Source: Eledone cirrhosa
Lineage: Eukaryota
Reading direction: 5' to 3'
NCBI GenBank assembly: GCA_964016885.1
Contig: OZ024740.1
Span: 136,958,001-137,022,000 of the forward strand
Length of the DNA stretch: 64,000 nt
This document shows, piece after piece, positions 35,391-49,600 of the stretch (position 1 is its first letter; every line of letters begins with the position of its first letter). The notes beneath the pieces are model-generated. The model was not told the origin of the DNA and did no database searches. It worked only from the letters and a program-made list of their open reading frames with translations. The translations under genes and the position numbers were made by a program.

Positions 35391-36409
35391 ATAATACATC
35401 AGGTTAATATTCATATATAACTAAGAAGAAATAAATAGGATCCCCACCAAAGAAGTAGAAGCAGTTTTAAATAGAAACATCACTATAACAGAAATAATAT
35501 ATAGTAACACACTAACATATATTAGAAAAGAAAATGAATAAAAAAACAACAAACAAACTAACTAAAGACTAAAAAGCATTGCAGTCGATTGTGCTTAATT
35601 GAATAACCTCGGTAACTGAAATTCTTATGTAAGTAACTAATTAACTGAAGTACGCAATTAACTGAATTCGCCCAGTAGGCGGTAAATTACGAGATTTTAA
35701 TATGTTGTCAATAGTAAGGTAGTGTGGTTGTGTTACTCATGCATGGAGTCTATAATTGTTTGCCAATATAGACATAAAGCCAGAAGGTTTATGAGGATGA
35801 GTTAGTCAATTAAATCAACCCAGTATTTAACAGTTTCGTTTCTATATTTCTAATGAAAAACATTGCCTTTCATTTTCAAATAATTTAGAAAATAATCAAT
35901 AATTTGAATGAATTTAGTAATGTAACTAACTTTCTTCTTATTAAGTTGGAGTTCGGAACATTAGGATGGTTTTTAGATAAATATACACATTAAAATAAAT
36001 GTTTTGTATTGAAGAACCATGATTGGTTTCGGGCGGTTTTGGAATTAAAACGGTTAATAGGTACTGTATTTTATCGATCTCGGAAGAATGAAAAACAAAG
36101 TTAACCTCGGTGAGATTTAAAATCAGGACGTAAAGAACCAAAATTTATAGTGCGAAGACTTTTGCCAGACTGCTCTATTTTACCTACCTTCTGCACTTAT
36201 AATGGTTATATAATAAAAGAAAAACCGTTTGACTTATCCTATTAAGGGTTTTTCAATTCCGTTTGATATTCTTCAATTGTCAGAATTTATTCAGATTTAC
36301 AAGTCGTAGAAATGACTTTCGCACACCTTGAATTATTCATTGATAACAACTAGGGTCATGTGGGTTAAGGAACATTTAATTGTGTCAGTTACAGGCTAAT
36401 ATAGTCGTA

Positions 36410-36550
36410 TTAGAGTTACGGCCCTTGCCATTCTGAGTTCAAATCCCGCCGAGGTTAACTTTGCCTTTCATCCTTACGGGGTCGATAAAATAAAGTACCA
36501 GTAATACACTGGGTAATTGCTGGCCTTGTGCCTAACGTAGAAACAATTAT
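36410..36550 (+). mobile_element. 5'-truncated tRNA-SINE
   Basis: B-box and core near-identical to the 30779 copy. Confidence 0.85.
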
Positions 36551-37992
36551 GAAATCAACAAAATGACGCCCGTTTACCGCACGATTTAAAACTATCCCTT
36601 TATAAAAGAATGTTATTGCACAATTAAAGATATGATAAAAATACACCGAAATTTGAATTTCGATAGTCTTTAATTTATTGAAATGGTAAAATAACTTGAA
36701 TACATTTGACTTATTTTAAACATGAAATACTGACTACAGTTATTTTAATTCATCGTGTAAAGGAAATCTTCCAGAAACATTTTATCAAACATATCTATTC
36801 AAATCAAATGTTCAATTTTATGATTTATTTCATCATTTTGGTGTTGCTTTCTTTTGCTAAAATTCAGAAAAAAATAATCATGCATTTAACAAAATATTGA
36901 CGTTATTTACATATGCAAACGAACTAATAAATTTTTCATAAATTTGATGACGGTCCTTGTTTTGAAAAGTTATGTGAAGCACCTAATCGAATCACGAAGT
37001 CATTCAATGTGCTACTAAGCGAATTCAAAAGCAATGCATACAATGTGGATTATGTTGTTCTAAACAGTGATTGCTTGGTAAGTAGATTTTGAACTAAGAA
37101 CTTTAATTATAGCTCATTTTATTGATCTACGGAAGGTTAAAATACTAAGTTGATCGCGTAGAGAACGCGGAGAGAATTGAAACCAGGACTTTATTTTATT
37201 GACATCAAGAATGTTAAAATGCAAAGTTGTCTACGGCAGGATTTGAACTGAGAACTGTACCAAAATAACATAATACATTTTATCCGATACTCAACCGATT
37301 CTGTCAATCCACCGGCTTCAATATAACAATAGGTGTGCTGTTTACCTTTCAACCTCTAATAAGATAATTAATTCATGAGAAATAATTACATTGCTATTTT
37401 CACCTATGGTTAAATATATCCTGTTTCTGTCATCCACCCATGTTGTTGGTGAAGAGATGCAATAATCAAGTTATATTTAAACCAAGTGAGGAGTTCGGTC
37501 AATGAAATCAGGACTAGCTAGCCTCATTGGTCCATTTATGTGTTATCTAGGCGGGTTTTGTGTGTATGTTTGAAGTGAGAAGTATGTATATACATATGTG
37601 TGTGTATGCGCGTGAGTGTATATAAATGTATTTATAAATATATATATAAATTACATATAAATAAATGAATACATGCGCGCGCTCACACACACACACGTGC
37701 ACACACACACGTGCACCCCCCACACGCACACAGATACATATATATAATGTACGAAATTATGTGTCAGTGTATGTATGTCTCCTAATATGTGGAAGTTTAA
37801 CATTTACGAATCAAATATACATATTGTTGGTATCATAAGAATGTACACACTTTAGAAAGAATGCTCACCTCAGGCATTTTTGTGTCACATTGTTATTATA
37901 TATTGGTTGGAGCACTGGGCCGAAGGGTTTTAGTCAATCATGTCAACTGAGTATTTTTTTTCTAAAGGCTTCTACTTTATACACACACACGT

Positions 37993-38067
<75 letters not shown>

Positions 38068-38074
<7 letters not shown>

Positions 38075-38196
38075 TTAATATAGAAATGGCTTCTACAGGA
38101 CTAGAACTGTTTTATTCGGGAGAAATCATCAGGAAGCCCGAATTTTTGTCGAATGAAAAATTTCTAGTCCTGTAGAAGCCATTTCTATATTAAATA
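38068..38196. repeat. Fold-back with ~37 bp arms around an HHR-core remnant
   Basis: ATATTTAATATAGAAATGGCTTCTACAGGACTAGAA / TTCTAGTCCTGTAGAAGCCATTTCTATATTAAATAT; TCATCAG in the spacer. Confidence 0.85.
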
Positions 38197-38295
38197 TTTA
38201 CACTGTGCTATGTATTGAGTACCTTACTTACTGTGGTTACCCCCGATTGAACTCTGGATTAACATATATATATATATATATTAGAACGAGTCTGG

Positions 38296-38380
38296 GCCCG
38301 ACGGCTGAGCTTTTTCCGTTTCGACAGCTAGTTCCAGACTATTAACATACTTACAGAAGACTGGCCATTTCATCAGAGGC
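38296..38380 (-). ncRNA. Type I hammerhead ribozyme candidate
   Basis: Minus strand: GCCT CTGATGA aATGGC...GCTGTc GAA ACGG AAAAAGCTCAG CCGT C GGGC. Confidence 0.7.
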
Positions 38381-39174
38381 GTGGCTTGGGGGAATGACGT
38401 ATCGATAAAATAATAGGTTGTTCATATAAGGGCATATACTTTCCATGTAAGGGTCTAACTAGTTTAATACTGGTGTAATCCTGATATATATATATATATA
38501 TATATATATAACAGACGGATAACGATCAGCTAAAATCACACGTGTATATATATACATACAAACATTTGTTTGTCTTTGTCTGTATAGGTGTTTATACACA
38601 ACTGTGTTTGTGTGTGTGTATGTGTGGGAGGAAGATGGATTTAGAGTGAGGGTTTGTCGGAGGGAAAGAGATAGACAGAGAGAAGAAATAGAGAAATATA
38701 AAGAGAGGAATTGACAATAAAATGTATGTGATTATTCAGGAGCTCATTAACAACCGAGAAGACAGAAGAATGAGTGTATGTGTGTGAATGTGAGTGTAGG
38801 GGTAAAAGGGAGAGAGAGAATATATATATATATATATATGTAAATAAATCTACCAAGAGTTTACGGTAGTGTCCAATCCGTATGAAGAACTCAATGTAAT
38901 CCGGATATCATGGAAAGAAGAGATGCAATGAAAAATCACTTTCGGTGAAAGATAAACGGAATACAGAGTCAAGATAAAATATAAAAAAAATAATGAATAA
39001 AACAATGAAACAGTTCCTTATATTAAACAAAAAAAGTTCATTATTTAACGATCGTTTCTAGGATATATATGTGTTAGAATTGGCATGCATATTCAACAGA
39101 TCTATGTACAAAATTATACAAAATTATACAAACTATCAAAATTAAATATACATACCAACACATATATATGCCGT

Positions 39175-39266
<92 letters not shown>

Positions 39267-39554
39267 GTGGGGGAGTCGAACGTGTGATCTACAAATAGCT
39301 CACCTGTTGTGTCCGATATTATCTATGTGGTACTTGGCTGTCATGAGGAGTACTAGGCTAGTATCGAGCTCTAGCTAGATATATATGTATGGATCCGTAT
39401 CTCCTAGTGGAATTGTAGAGGCGCCGTAGAAACGGTGTTTCTTGGCCATTATAAACCTAGCTGGACCTATCTCCCCTCCAGGTCTAAACACAGTCGATTT
39501 CTTTCAGAGAAGGAAAGAGAGAATGATAGAGATGAATTGAAAAATAGATATAGA

Positions 39555-39720
39555 GGTAGAATCGACCCCAGTACTGGACTGGTACTTTTTATTATCGACT
39601 CCGAAAGGATCAAAGACAAAGTTGATCTCGGCGGCAATTGAACTAAGAGCGTAGACAGCCGGAAGGAATACGGTAAATTATTCTGTCCCACGTAATAACG
39701 ACTCTGTTAATTTGCTGCCT
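39555..39720 (-). mobile_element. Diverged tRNA-SINE
   Basis: ATCGACCCCAGTACTGGACTGGTAC...ATCGACTCCGAAAGGAT core. Confidence 0.7.
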
Positions 39721-40699
39721 AGCTAGAAATGAGAAGTTGATAATAGTTAGGAACAGAGTATCCATGAGACAACGACCGGCTAGTCCATGATAAATATACT
39801 TTTTACCGTTCTTCGGCCTTGACAAGAACAAATGACATTTTTAGTAGTTATTTTCGTTGTCAGCCCCGATCTATTAGACTACAGGGTTACCACATTAGGC
39901 TGCTACAAGTTGTGGATTACCGTACTTTTCAGAACTATACTATAAGTTTTTCAATTTCGTTTACTTGCTACATATTTGGCATTATAATTGGCTATTTTTC
40001 TACTATATTTTAGAATATATATTCATTATATTTTTGGCTAATCAGTAAAATTTATAAATTAAAATGGTTGTTATTTTTAGCATAGTGAGTAACCACGTAG
40101 ATGTTTCCTGGTATAAACAAAAATACCGAAAATTTGTGGCGCAATTTGGGGGTAATCCTCAAATATAAGAGACATTAGCCCTCACTTAACTTCAGTCTGA
40201 GGTTAGGGACTTAGTTGAACTGGTTTCATACTCAAACTATATTCAGACTAACTTGAATATTCTCAAATATCATTTCTCACTGCCTTAAAGGTACACTCAG
40301 ACAATGTTTACGTTCGAGTCACCGTATTCACAATGCCTGGTTCATAACGAGACACACATAACAATGCAGGCGCACATAGTTATATTATCTAAATCGCCTA
40401 AGTTTGTGATTGGACTCTCAGGAATGTGTGTCTGAGGACTCTGCCCACACGAACCTCCCAGAATAAGTGCGCAAATAAGAAGAAGACGAAGAAGCCCAGC
40501 TTTCTATTTTCAGTATCTACTTTGTATATACTGGATATTTAATCTTTCATTCGCTATCTATTGTATCAATTGTTCTTCAAGCAAACTAGAAGAGTTGGAA
40601 CTACTCCTTTTGCTTTTGTTTCTTTTTATGCTCAGATCTTGAACTTCTTTGGATTTCAATGGTTTAGCACTAAAACTTCACCAGAATAAGAATCTGATA

Positions 40700-43600
40700 C
40701 TATCTGTCTCTCTCTGTCTCTTATCACTTTTCCCCCAATCTCCAATTCTCTCTTTCTCTTATCACTTTTCTCTCATTCTCCAATTCTCTTATCACTTTTC
40801 CCCCAATCTCCAATTCTCTCTTTCTCTTATCACTTTTCTCTCAATCTCCAATTCTCTCTTTCTCTTATCACTTTTCTCTCAATCTCCAATTCTCTCTTTC
40901 TCTTATCACTTTTCCCCCAATCTCCAATTCTCTCTTTCTCTTATCACTTTTCCCCCAATCTCCAATTCTCTCTTTCTCTTATCACTTTTACCCCAGTCTC
41001 CAATTCTCTCTTTCTCTTATCACTTTTCCCCCAATCTCCTATTCTCTCTTTCTCTTATCACTTTTCTCTCAAACTCCAATTCTCTCTTTCTCTTATAACT
41101 TTTCCCTCATTCTCCAATTCTCTTATCACTTTTCCCCCAATCTCCAATTCTCTCTTTCTCTTATCACCTTTCTCTCAATCTCCACTTCTCTCTTTCTCTT
41201 ATCACTTTTCCCCCAATCTCCAATTCTCTCTTTCTCTTATCACTTTTCCCCCAATCTCCAATTCCCTCTTTCTCTTATCACTTTTCCCCCAATCTCCAAT
41301 TCTCTCTTTCTCTTATCACTTTTCCCCCAATCTCTAATTCTCTCTTTCTCTTATCACTTTTCCCCCAATCTCCAATTCTCTCTTTCTCTTATCACTTTTC
41401 CCCCAATCTCCAATTCTCTCTTTCTCTTATCACTTTTCCCCCAATCTCCAATTCTCTCTTTCTCTTATCACTTGTACCCCAGTCTCCAATTCTCTCTTTC
41501 TCTTATCACTTTTCCCCCAATCTCCAATTCTCTCTTTCTCATATCACTTTTCTCTCAAACTCCAATTCTCTCTTTCTCTTATAACTTTACCCCCAATCTC
41601 AAATTCTCTCTTTCTCTTATCACTTTTCTCTCAATCTCCAATTCTCTCTTTCTCTTATCACTTTTCTCTCAATCTCCAATTCTCTCTTTCTCTTATCACT
41701 TTTCCCCCAATCTCCAATTCTCTCTTTCTCTTATCACTTTTCCCCCAATCTCCAATTCTCTCTTTCTCTTATCAGTTTTCTCTCAATCTCCAATTGTATC
41801 GTTCTCTTATCACTTTTCCCCCAATCTCCAATTCTCTCTTTCTCTTATCACTTTTCCCCCAATCTCCAATTCCCTCTTTCTCTTATCACTTTTCCCCCAA
41901 TCTCCAATTCTCTCTTTCTCTTATTACTTTTCTCTCAATCTCCAATTCTCTCTGTCTCTTATCACTTTTCTCTCAATCTCCAATTCTCTCTTTCTCTTAT
42001 CACTTTTCCCCCAATCTCCAATTCTCTCTTTCTCTTATCACTTTTCTCTCAATCTCCAATTCTCTCTTTCTCTTCTCACTTTTCCCCCAATCTCCAATTC
42101 TCTCTTTCTCTTATCACTTTTCTCTCAATCTCCAATTGTATCGTTCTCTTATCACTTTTCCCCCAATCTCCAATTCTCTCTTTCTCTTATCACTTTTCCC
42201 CCAATCTCCAATTCCCTCTTTCTCTTATCACTTTTCCCCCAATCTCCAATTCTCTCTTTCTCTTATCACTTTTCCCCCAATCTCCAATTCTCTCTTTCTC
42301 TTATCACTTTTCCCCCAATCTCCAATTCTCTCTTTCTCTTATCACTTTTCTCTCAAACTCCAATTCTCTCTTTCTCTTATAACTTTTCTCTCATTCTCCA
42401 ATTCTCTTATCACTTTTGTCCCAATCTCCAATTCTCTCTTTCTCTTATCACTTTTCTCTCAATCTCCAATTCTCTCTTTCTCTTATCACTTTTCCCCCAA
42501 TCTCCAATTGTATCGTTCTCTTATCACTTTTCCCCCAATCTCCAATTCCCTCTTTCTCTTATCACTTTTCCCCCAATCTCCACTTCTCTCTTTCTCTTAT
42601 CACTTTTCCCCCAATCTCCAATTCTCTCTTTCTCTTATCACTTTTCCCCCAATCTCCAATTCCCTCTTTCTCTTATCACTTTTCCCCCAATCTCCAATTC
42701 TCTCTTTCTCTTATCACTTTTCCCCCAATCTCCAATTCTCTCTTTCTCTTATCACTTTTCCCCCAATCTCCAATTCTCTCTTTCTCTTATCACTTTTCCC
42801 CCAATCTCCAATTCTCTCTTTCTCTTATCACTTTTCCCCCAATCTCCAATTCTCTCTTTCTCTTATCACTTGTACCCCAGTCTCCAATTCTCTCTTTCTC
42901 TTATCACTTTTCCCCCAATCTCCAATTCTCTCTTTCTCATATCACTTTTCTCTCAAACTCCAATTCTCTCTTTCTCTTATAACTTTACCCCCAATCTCAA
43001 ATTCTCTCTTTCTCTTATCACTTTTCTCTCAATCTCCAATTCTCTCTTTCTCTTATCACTTTTCTCTCAATCTCCAATTCTCTCTTTCTCTTATCACTTT
43101 TCCCCCAATCTCCAATTCTCTCTTTCTCTTATCACTTTTCCCCCAATCTCCAATTCTCTCTTTCTCTTATCAGTTTTCTCTCAATCTCCAATTGTATCGT
43201 TCTCTTATCACTTTTCCCCCAATCTCCAATTCTCTCTTTCTCTTATCACTTTTCCCCCAATCTCCAATTCTCTCTTTCTCTTATTACTTTTCTCTCAATC
43301 TCCAATTCTCTCTGTCTCTTATCACTTTTCTCTCAATCTCCAATTCTCTCTTTCTCTTATCACTTCTCCCCCAATCTCCAATTCTCTCTTTCTCTTATCA
43401 CTTTTCTCTCAATCTCCAATTCTCTCTTTCTCTTCTCACTTTTCCCCCAATCTCCAATTCCCTCTTTCTCTTATCACTTTTCTCTCAATCTCCAATTGTA
43501 TCGTTCTCTTATCACTTTTCCCCCAATCTCCAATTCTCTCTTTCTCTTATCACTTTTCCCCCAATCTCCAATTCTCTCTTTCTCTTATCACTTTTCTCTC

Positions 43601-46600
43601 AAACTCCAATTCTCTCTTTCTCTTATAACTTTTCTCTCATTCTCCAATTCTCTTATCACTTTTGTCCCAATCTCCAATTCTCTCTTTCTCTTATCACTTT
43701 TCTCTCAATCTCCAATTCTCTCTTTCTCTTATCACTTTTCCCCCAATCTCCAATTGTATCGTTCTCTTATCACTTTTCCCCCAATCTCCAATTCCCTCTT
43801 TCTCTTATCACTTTTCCCCCAATCTCCACTTCTCTCTTTCTCTTATCACTTTTCCCCCAATCTCCAATTCTCTCTTTCTCTTATCACTTTTCCCCCAATC
43901 TCCAATTCCCTCTTTCTCTTATCACTTTTCCCCCAATCTCCAATTCTCTCTTTCTCTTATCACTTTTCCCCCAATCTCCAATTCTCTCTTTCTCTTATCA
44001 CTTTTCCCCCAATCTCCAATTCTCTCTTTCTCTTATCACTTTTCCCCCAATCTCCAATTCTCTCTTTCTCTTATCACTTTTCCCCCAATCTCCAATTCTC
44101 TCTTTCTCTTATCACTTGTACCCCAGTCTCCAATTCTCTCTTTCTCTTATCACTTTTCCCCCAATCTCCAATTCTCTCTTTCTCATATCACTTTTCTCTC
44201 AAACTCCAATTCTCTCTTTCTCTTATAACTTTACCCCCAATCTCAAATTCTCTCTTTCTCTTATCACTTTTCTCTCAATCTCCAATTCTCTCTTTCTCTT
44301 ATCACTTTTCTCTCAATCTCCAATTCTCTCTTTCTCTTATCACTTTTCCCCCAATCTCCAATTCTCTCTTTCTCTTATCACTTTTCCCCCAATCTCCAAT
44401 TCTCTCTTTCTCTTATCAGTTTTCTCTCAATCTCCAATTGTATCGTTCTCTTATCACTTTTCCCCCAATCTCCAATTCTCTCTTTCTCTTATCACTTTTC
44501 CCCCAATCTCCAATTCTCTCTTTCTCTTATTACTTTTCTCTCAATCTCCAATTCTCTCTGTCTCTTATCACTTTTCTCTCAATCTCCAATTCTCTCTTTC
44601 TCTTATCACTTCTCCCCCAATCTCCAATTCTCTCTTTCTCTTATCACTTTTCTCTCAATCTCCAATTCTCTCTTTCTCTTCTCACTTTTCCCCCAATCTC
44701 CAATTCTCTCTTTCTCTTATCACTTTTCTCTCAATCTCCAATTGTATCGTTCTCTTATCACTTTTCCCCCAATCTCCAATTCTCTCTTTCTCTTATCACT
44801 TTTCCCCCAATCTCCAATTCCCTCTTTCTCTTATCACTTTTCCCCCAATCTCCAATTCTATCTTTCTCTTATCACTTTTCCCCCAATCTCCAATTCTCTC
44901 TTTCTCTTATAACTTTTCCTCCAATCTCCAATTCCCTCTTTCTCTTATCACTTTTCTCTCAAACTCCAATTCTCTCTTTCTCTTATAACTTTTCTCTCAT
45001 TCTCCAATTCTCTTATCACTTTTGTCCCAATCTCCAATTCTCTCTTTCTCTTATCACTTTTCTCTCAATCTCCAATTCTCTCTTTCTCTTATCACTTTTC
45101 CCCCAATCTCCAATTGTATCGTTCTCTTATCACTTTTCCCCCAATCTCCAATTCTCTCTTTCTCTTATCACTTTTCCCCCAATCTCCAATTCCCTCTTTC
45201 TCTTATCACTTTTCCCCCAATCTCCAATTCTCTCTTTCTCTTATCACTTTTCCCCCAATCTCCAATTCTCTCTTTCTCTTATCACTTTTCCCCCAATCTC
45301 CAATTCTCTTACTACTTTTACCCCAGTCTCCAATTCTCTCTTTCTCTTATCACTTTTCCCCCAATCTCCAATTCTCTCTTTCTCTTATCACTTTTCTCTC
45401 AAACTCCAATTCTCTCTTTCTCTTATAACTTTTCTCTCATTCTCCAATTCTCTTATCACTTTTCCCCCAATCTCCAATTCTCTCTTTCTCTTATCACTTT
45501 TCTCTCAATGTCAATTCTCTCTTTCTCTTATCACTTTTCCCCCAATCTCCAATTCTCTCTTTCTCTTATCACTTTTCCCCCAATCTCCAATTCTCTCTTT
45601 CTCTTATCACTTTTCCCTCAATCTCCAATTCTCTCTTATTCTTATCACTTTTCTCTCAAACTCCAATTCTCTCTTTCTCTTATCACTTTTCTCTCATTCT
45701 CCAATTCTCTTATCACTTTTCCCCCAATCTCCAATTCTCTCTTTCTCTTATCCCTTTTCTCTCACTCTCCAATTCTCTCTTTCTCTTATCACTTTTCCCC
45801 CAATCTCCAATTCTCTCTTTCTCTTATCACTTTTCCCCCAATCTCCAATTCCCTCTTTATCTTATCACTTTTCCCCCAATCTCCAATTCTCTCTTTCTCT
45901 TATCACTTTTCCCCCAATCTCCAATTCTCTCTTTCTCTTATCACTTTTCTCTCATTCTCCAATTCTCTCTTTCTCTTCTCACTTTTCTCTCAATCTCCAA
46001 TTCTCTCTTTCTCTTATCACTTTTCTCTCAATCTCCAATTCTCTCTTTCTCTTATCACTTTTTCCCCAATCTCCAATTCTCTCTTTCTCTTATCACTTTT
46101 CTCTCAATCTCCAATTGTCTCGTTCTCTTATCACTTTTCCCCCAATCTCCAATTTTCTATTTCGCTTATCACTTTTCTCTCATTCTCCAATTCTCTCTTT
46201 TTCTTATCACTTTCCTCTCAATCTCCAATTCTCTCTTTCTCTTATCACTTTTCTCTCAATCTCCAATTCTCTCTTTCACTCATCACTTTTCCCCCAATCT
46301 CCAATTCTCTCTTTCTCTTATCACTTTTCTCTCAATCTCCAATTCTCTCTGTCTCTTATCACTTTTCTCTCAATCTCCAATTCTCTCTTTCTCTTATCAC
46401 TTTTCCCCCAATCTCCAATCCTCTCTTTCTCTTATCACTTTTCTCTCCATCTCCAATTCTCTCTTTCTCTTATCACTTTTCTCTCAATCTCCAATTCTCT
46501 CTTTCTCTTCTCACTTTTCCCCCAATCTCCAATTCTCTCTTTCTCTTATCACTTTTCTCTTAATCTCCAATTCTCTCTTTCACTTCTCACTTTTCTCTCA

Positions 46601-49600
46601 ATCTCCAATTCTCTCTTTCTCTTATCACTTTTCCCCCAATCTCCAATTCCCTCTTTCTCTTATCACTTTTCCCCCAATCTCCAATTCTCTCTTTCTTTTA
46701 TCACTTTTCCCCCAATCTCCAATTCTCTCTTTCTCTTATCACTTTTACCCCAGTCTCCAATTCTCTCTTTCTCTTATCACTTTTCCCCCAATCTCCAATT
46801 CTCTCTTTCTCTTATAACTTTTCTCTCATTCTCCAATTCTCTTATCACTTTTCCCCCAATCTCCAATTCTCTCTTTCTCTTATCACTTTTCTGTCAATCT
46901 CCAATTCTCTCTTTCTCTTATCACTTTTCCCCCAATCTCCAATTCTCTCTTTCTCTTATCCATTTTGCCCAAATCTCCAATTCTCTCTTTCTCTTACCAC
47001 TTTTCCCCCAATCTCCAATTCTCTCTTTCTCTTATCACTTTTACCCCAGTCTCCAATTCTCTCTTTCTCTTATCACTTTTCCCCCAATCTCCAATTCTCT
47101 CTTATTCTTATCACTTTTCTCTCAAACTCCAATTCTCTCTTTCTCTTATAACTTTTCTCTCATTCTCCAATTCTCTTATCACTTTTCCCCCAATCAGCAA
47201 TTCTCTCTTTCTCTTATCACTTTTCTCTCAATCTCCAATTCTCTCTTTCTCTTATCACTTTTCCCCCAATCTCCAATTCTCTCTTTCTCTTATCACTTTT
47301 CCCCCAATCTCCAATTCTCTCTTTCTCTTATCACTTTTCTCTCAATCTCCAATTCTCTGTTTCTCTTATCACTTTTCCCCCAATCTCCAATTTTCTCTTT
47401 CTCTTATCACTTTTCTCTCATTCTCCAATTCTCTCTTTCTCTTCTCACTTTTCTCTCAATCTCCAATTCTCTCTTTCTCTTATCACTTTTCTCTCAATCT
47501 TCAATTGTCTCTTTCTCTTATCACTTTTCTCTCAATCTCCAATTCTCTCTTTCCTTATCACTTTTCTCTCAATCTCCAATTCTCTCTATCTCTTATCACT
47601 TTTTTCTCAATCTTCAATTCTCTCTTTCTCTTATTACTTTTCCCTCAATCTCCAATTCTCTCTTTCTCTTATCACTTTTCTCTCTATCTCCAATTCTCTC
47701 TTTCTCTTATCACTTTTCTCTCAATCTCTAATTCTCTCTTTCTCTTATCACTTTTCTCTCAATCTCCAATTCTCTCTTTCTCTTATCACTTTTCTCTCAA
47801 TCTCCAATTCTCTCTTTCTCTTATCCATTTTTTCTCAATTTCCAATTCTCTCTTTCTCTTATCACTTTTCTCTCAATCTCCAATTTTCTCTTTCTCTTAT
47901 CACTTTTCCCCCAATCTCCAATTCTCTCTTTCTCTTATTACTTTTCTCTCAATCTCCAATTCTCTCTTTCTCTTCTCACTTTTCTCTAAATCTCCAATTC
48001 TCTCTTTCACTTCTCACTTTTCTCTCAATCTCCAATTCTCTCTTTCTCTTATCACTTTTCTCTCAATCTCCAATGCTCTCTTTCTATTATCACGTTTCTC
48101 TCAATCTCCAATGCTCTCTTTCTCTTATCACTTTTCTCTCAATCTCCAATTCTCTCTTTCTCTTATCACTTTTCTCTCAATCTCCAATTCTTTCTTTCTC
48201 TTATCACTTTTATCTCAATCTCCAATTCTCTCTTTCTCTTATCACTTTTCTCCCAATCTCCAATTCTTTCTTTCTCTCATCACTTTACTCTGAATCTCCA
48301 ATTCTCTCTTTCTCTTATCACTTTTCTCTCAATCTCCAATTCTCTCTTTCTCTTATCACTTTTCTCTCAATCTCCAATTCTCTCTTTCCCTTCTCACATT
48401 TCTCTCAATCTCCAATTCTCTCTTTCTCTTCTCACTTTTCTCTCAATCTCCAATTCTCTCTTTCTCTTATCACTTTTCTCTCAATCCTCATTCTCTCTCT
48501 CACTTATCACTATTCTCTCAATCTCCAATTCTCTCTTTCTCTTCTCATTTTTCTCTCAATCTCCAATTCTCTCTTTCTCTTATCACTTTTCTCTCCATCT
48601 CCAATTCCCTCTTTCTCTTATCACTTTTCCCCCAATCTCCAATTCTCTCTTTCTCTTATCACTTTTCCCCCAATCTCCAATTCTCTCTTTCTCTTATCAC
48701 TTTTACCCCAGTCTCCAATTCTCTCTTTCTCTTATCACTTTTCCCCCAATCTCCAATTCTCTCTTTCTCTTATAACTTTTCTCTCATTCTCCAATTCTCT
48801 TATCACTTTTCCCCAAATCTCCAATTCTCTCTTTCTCTTATCACTTTTACCCCAGTCTCCAATTCTCTCTTTCTCTTATCACTTTTCCCCCAATCTCCAA
48901 TTCTCTCTTATTCTTATCACTTTTCTCTCAAACTCCAATTCTCTCTTTCTCTTATAACTTTTCTCTCATTCTCCAATTCTCTTATCACTTTTCCACCATC
49001 TCCTATTCTCTCTTTCTCTTATCACTTTCCTCTCAATCTCCAATTCTCTCTTTCTCTTATCACTTTTCCCCCAATCTCCAATTCTCTCTTTCTCTTATCA
49101 CTTTTCTCTCAATCTCCAATTCTCTGTTTCTCTTATCACTTTTCCCCCAATCTCCAATTTTCTCTTTCTCTTATCACTTTTCTCTCATTCTCCAATCCTC
49201 TCTTTCTCTTCTCACTTTTCTCTCAATCTCCAATTCTCTATTTCTCTTATCACTTTTCTCTCAATCTCCAATTGTCTCTTTCTCTTATCACTTTTCTCTC
49301 AATCTCCAATTCTCTCTATCTCTTATCACTTTTTTCTCAATCTTCAATTCTCTCTTTCTCTTATTACTTTTCCCTCAATCTCAAATTCTCTCTTTCTCTT
49401 ATCACTTTTCTCTCTATCTCCAATTCTCTCTTTCTCTTATCACTTTTCTCTCAATCTCTAATTCTCTCTTTCTCTTATCACTTTTCTCTCAATCTCCAAT
49501 TCTCTCTTTCTCTTATCCATTTTTTCTCAATTTCCAATTCTCTCTATCTCTTATCACTTTTTTCTCAATCTTCAATTCTCTCTTTCTCTTATCACTTTTA

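Noticed and set aside
40415-40475. CTGAGGA near the satellite edge as an HHR
   Set aside because: No GAAA or pairing stems
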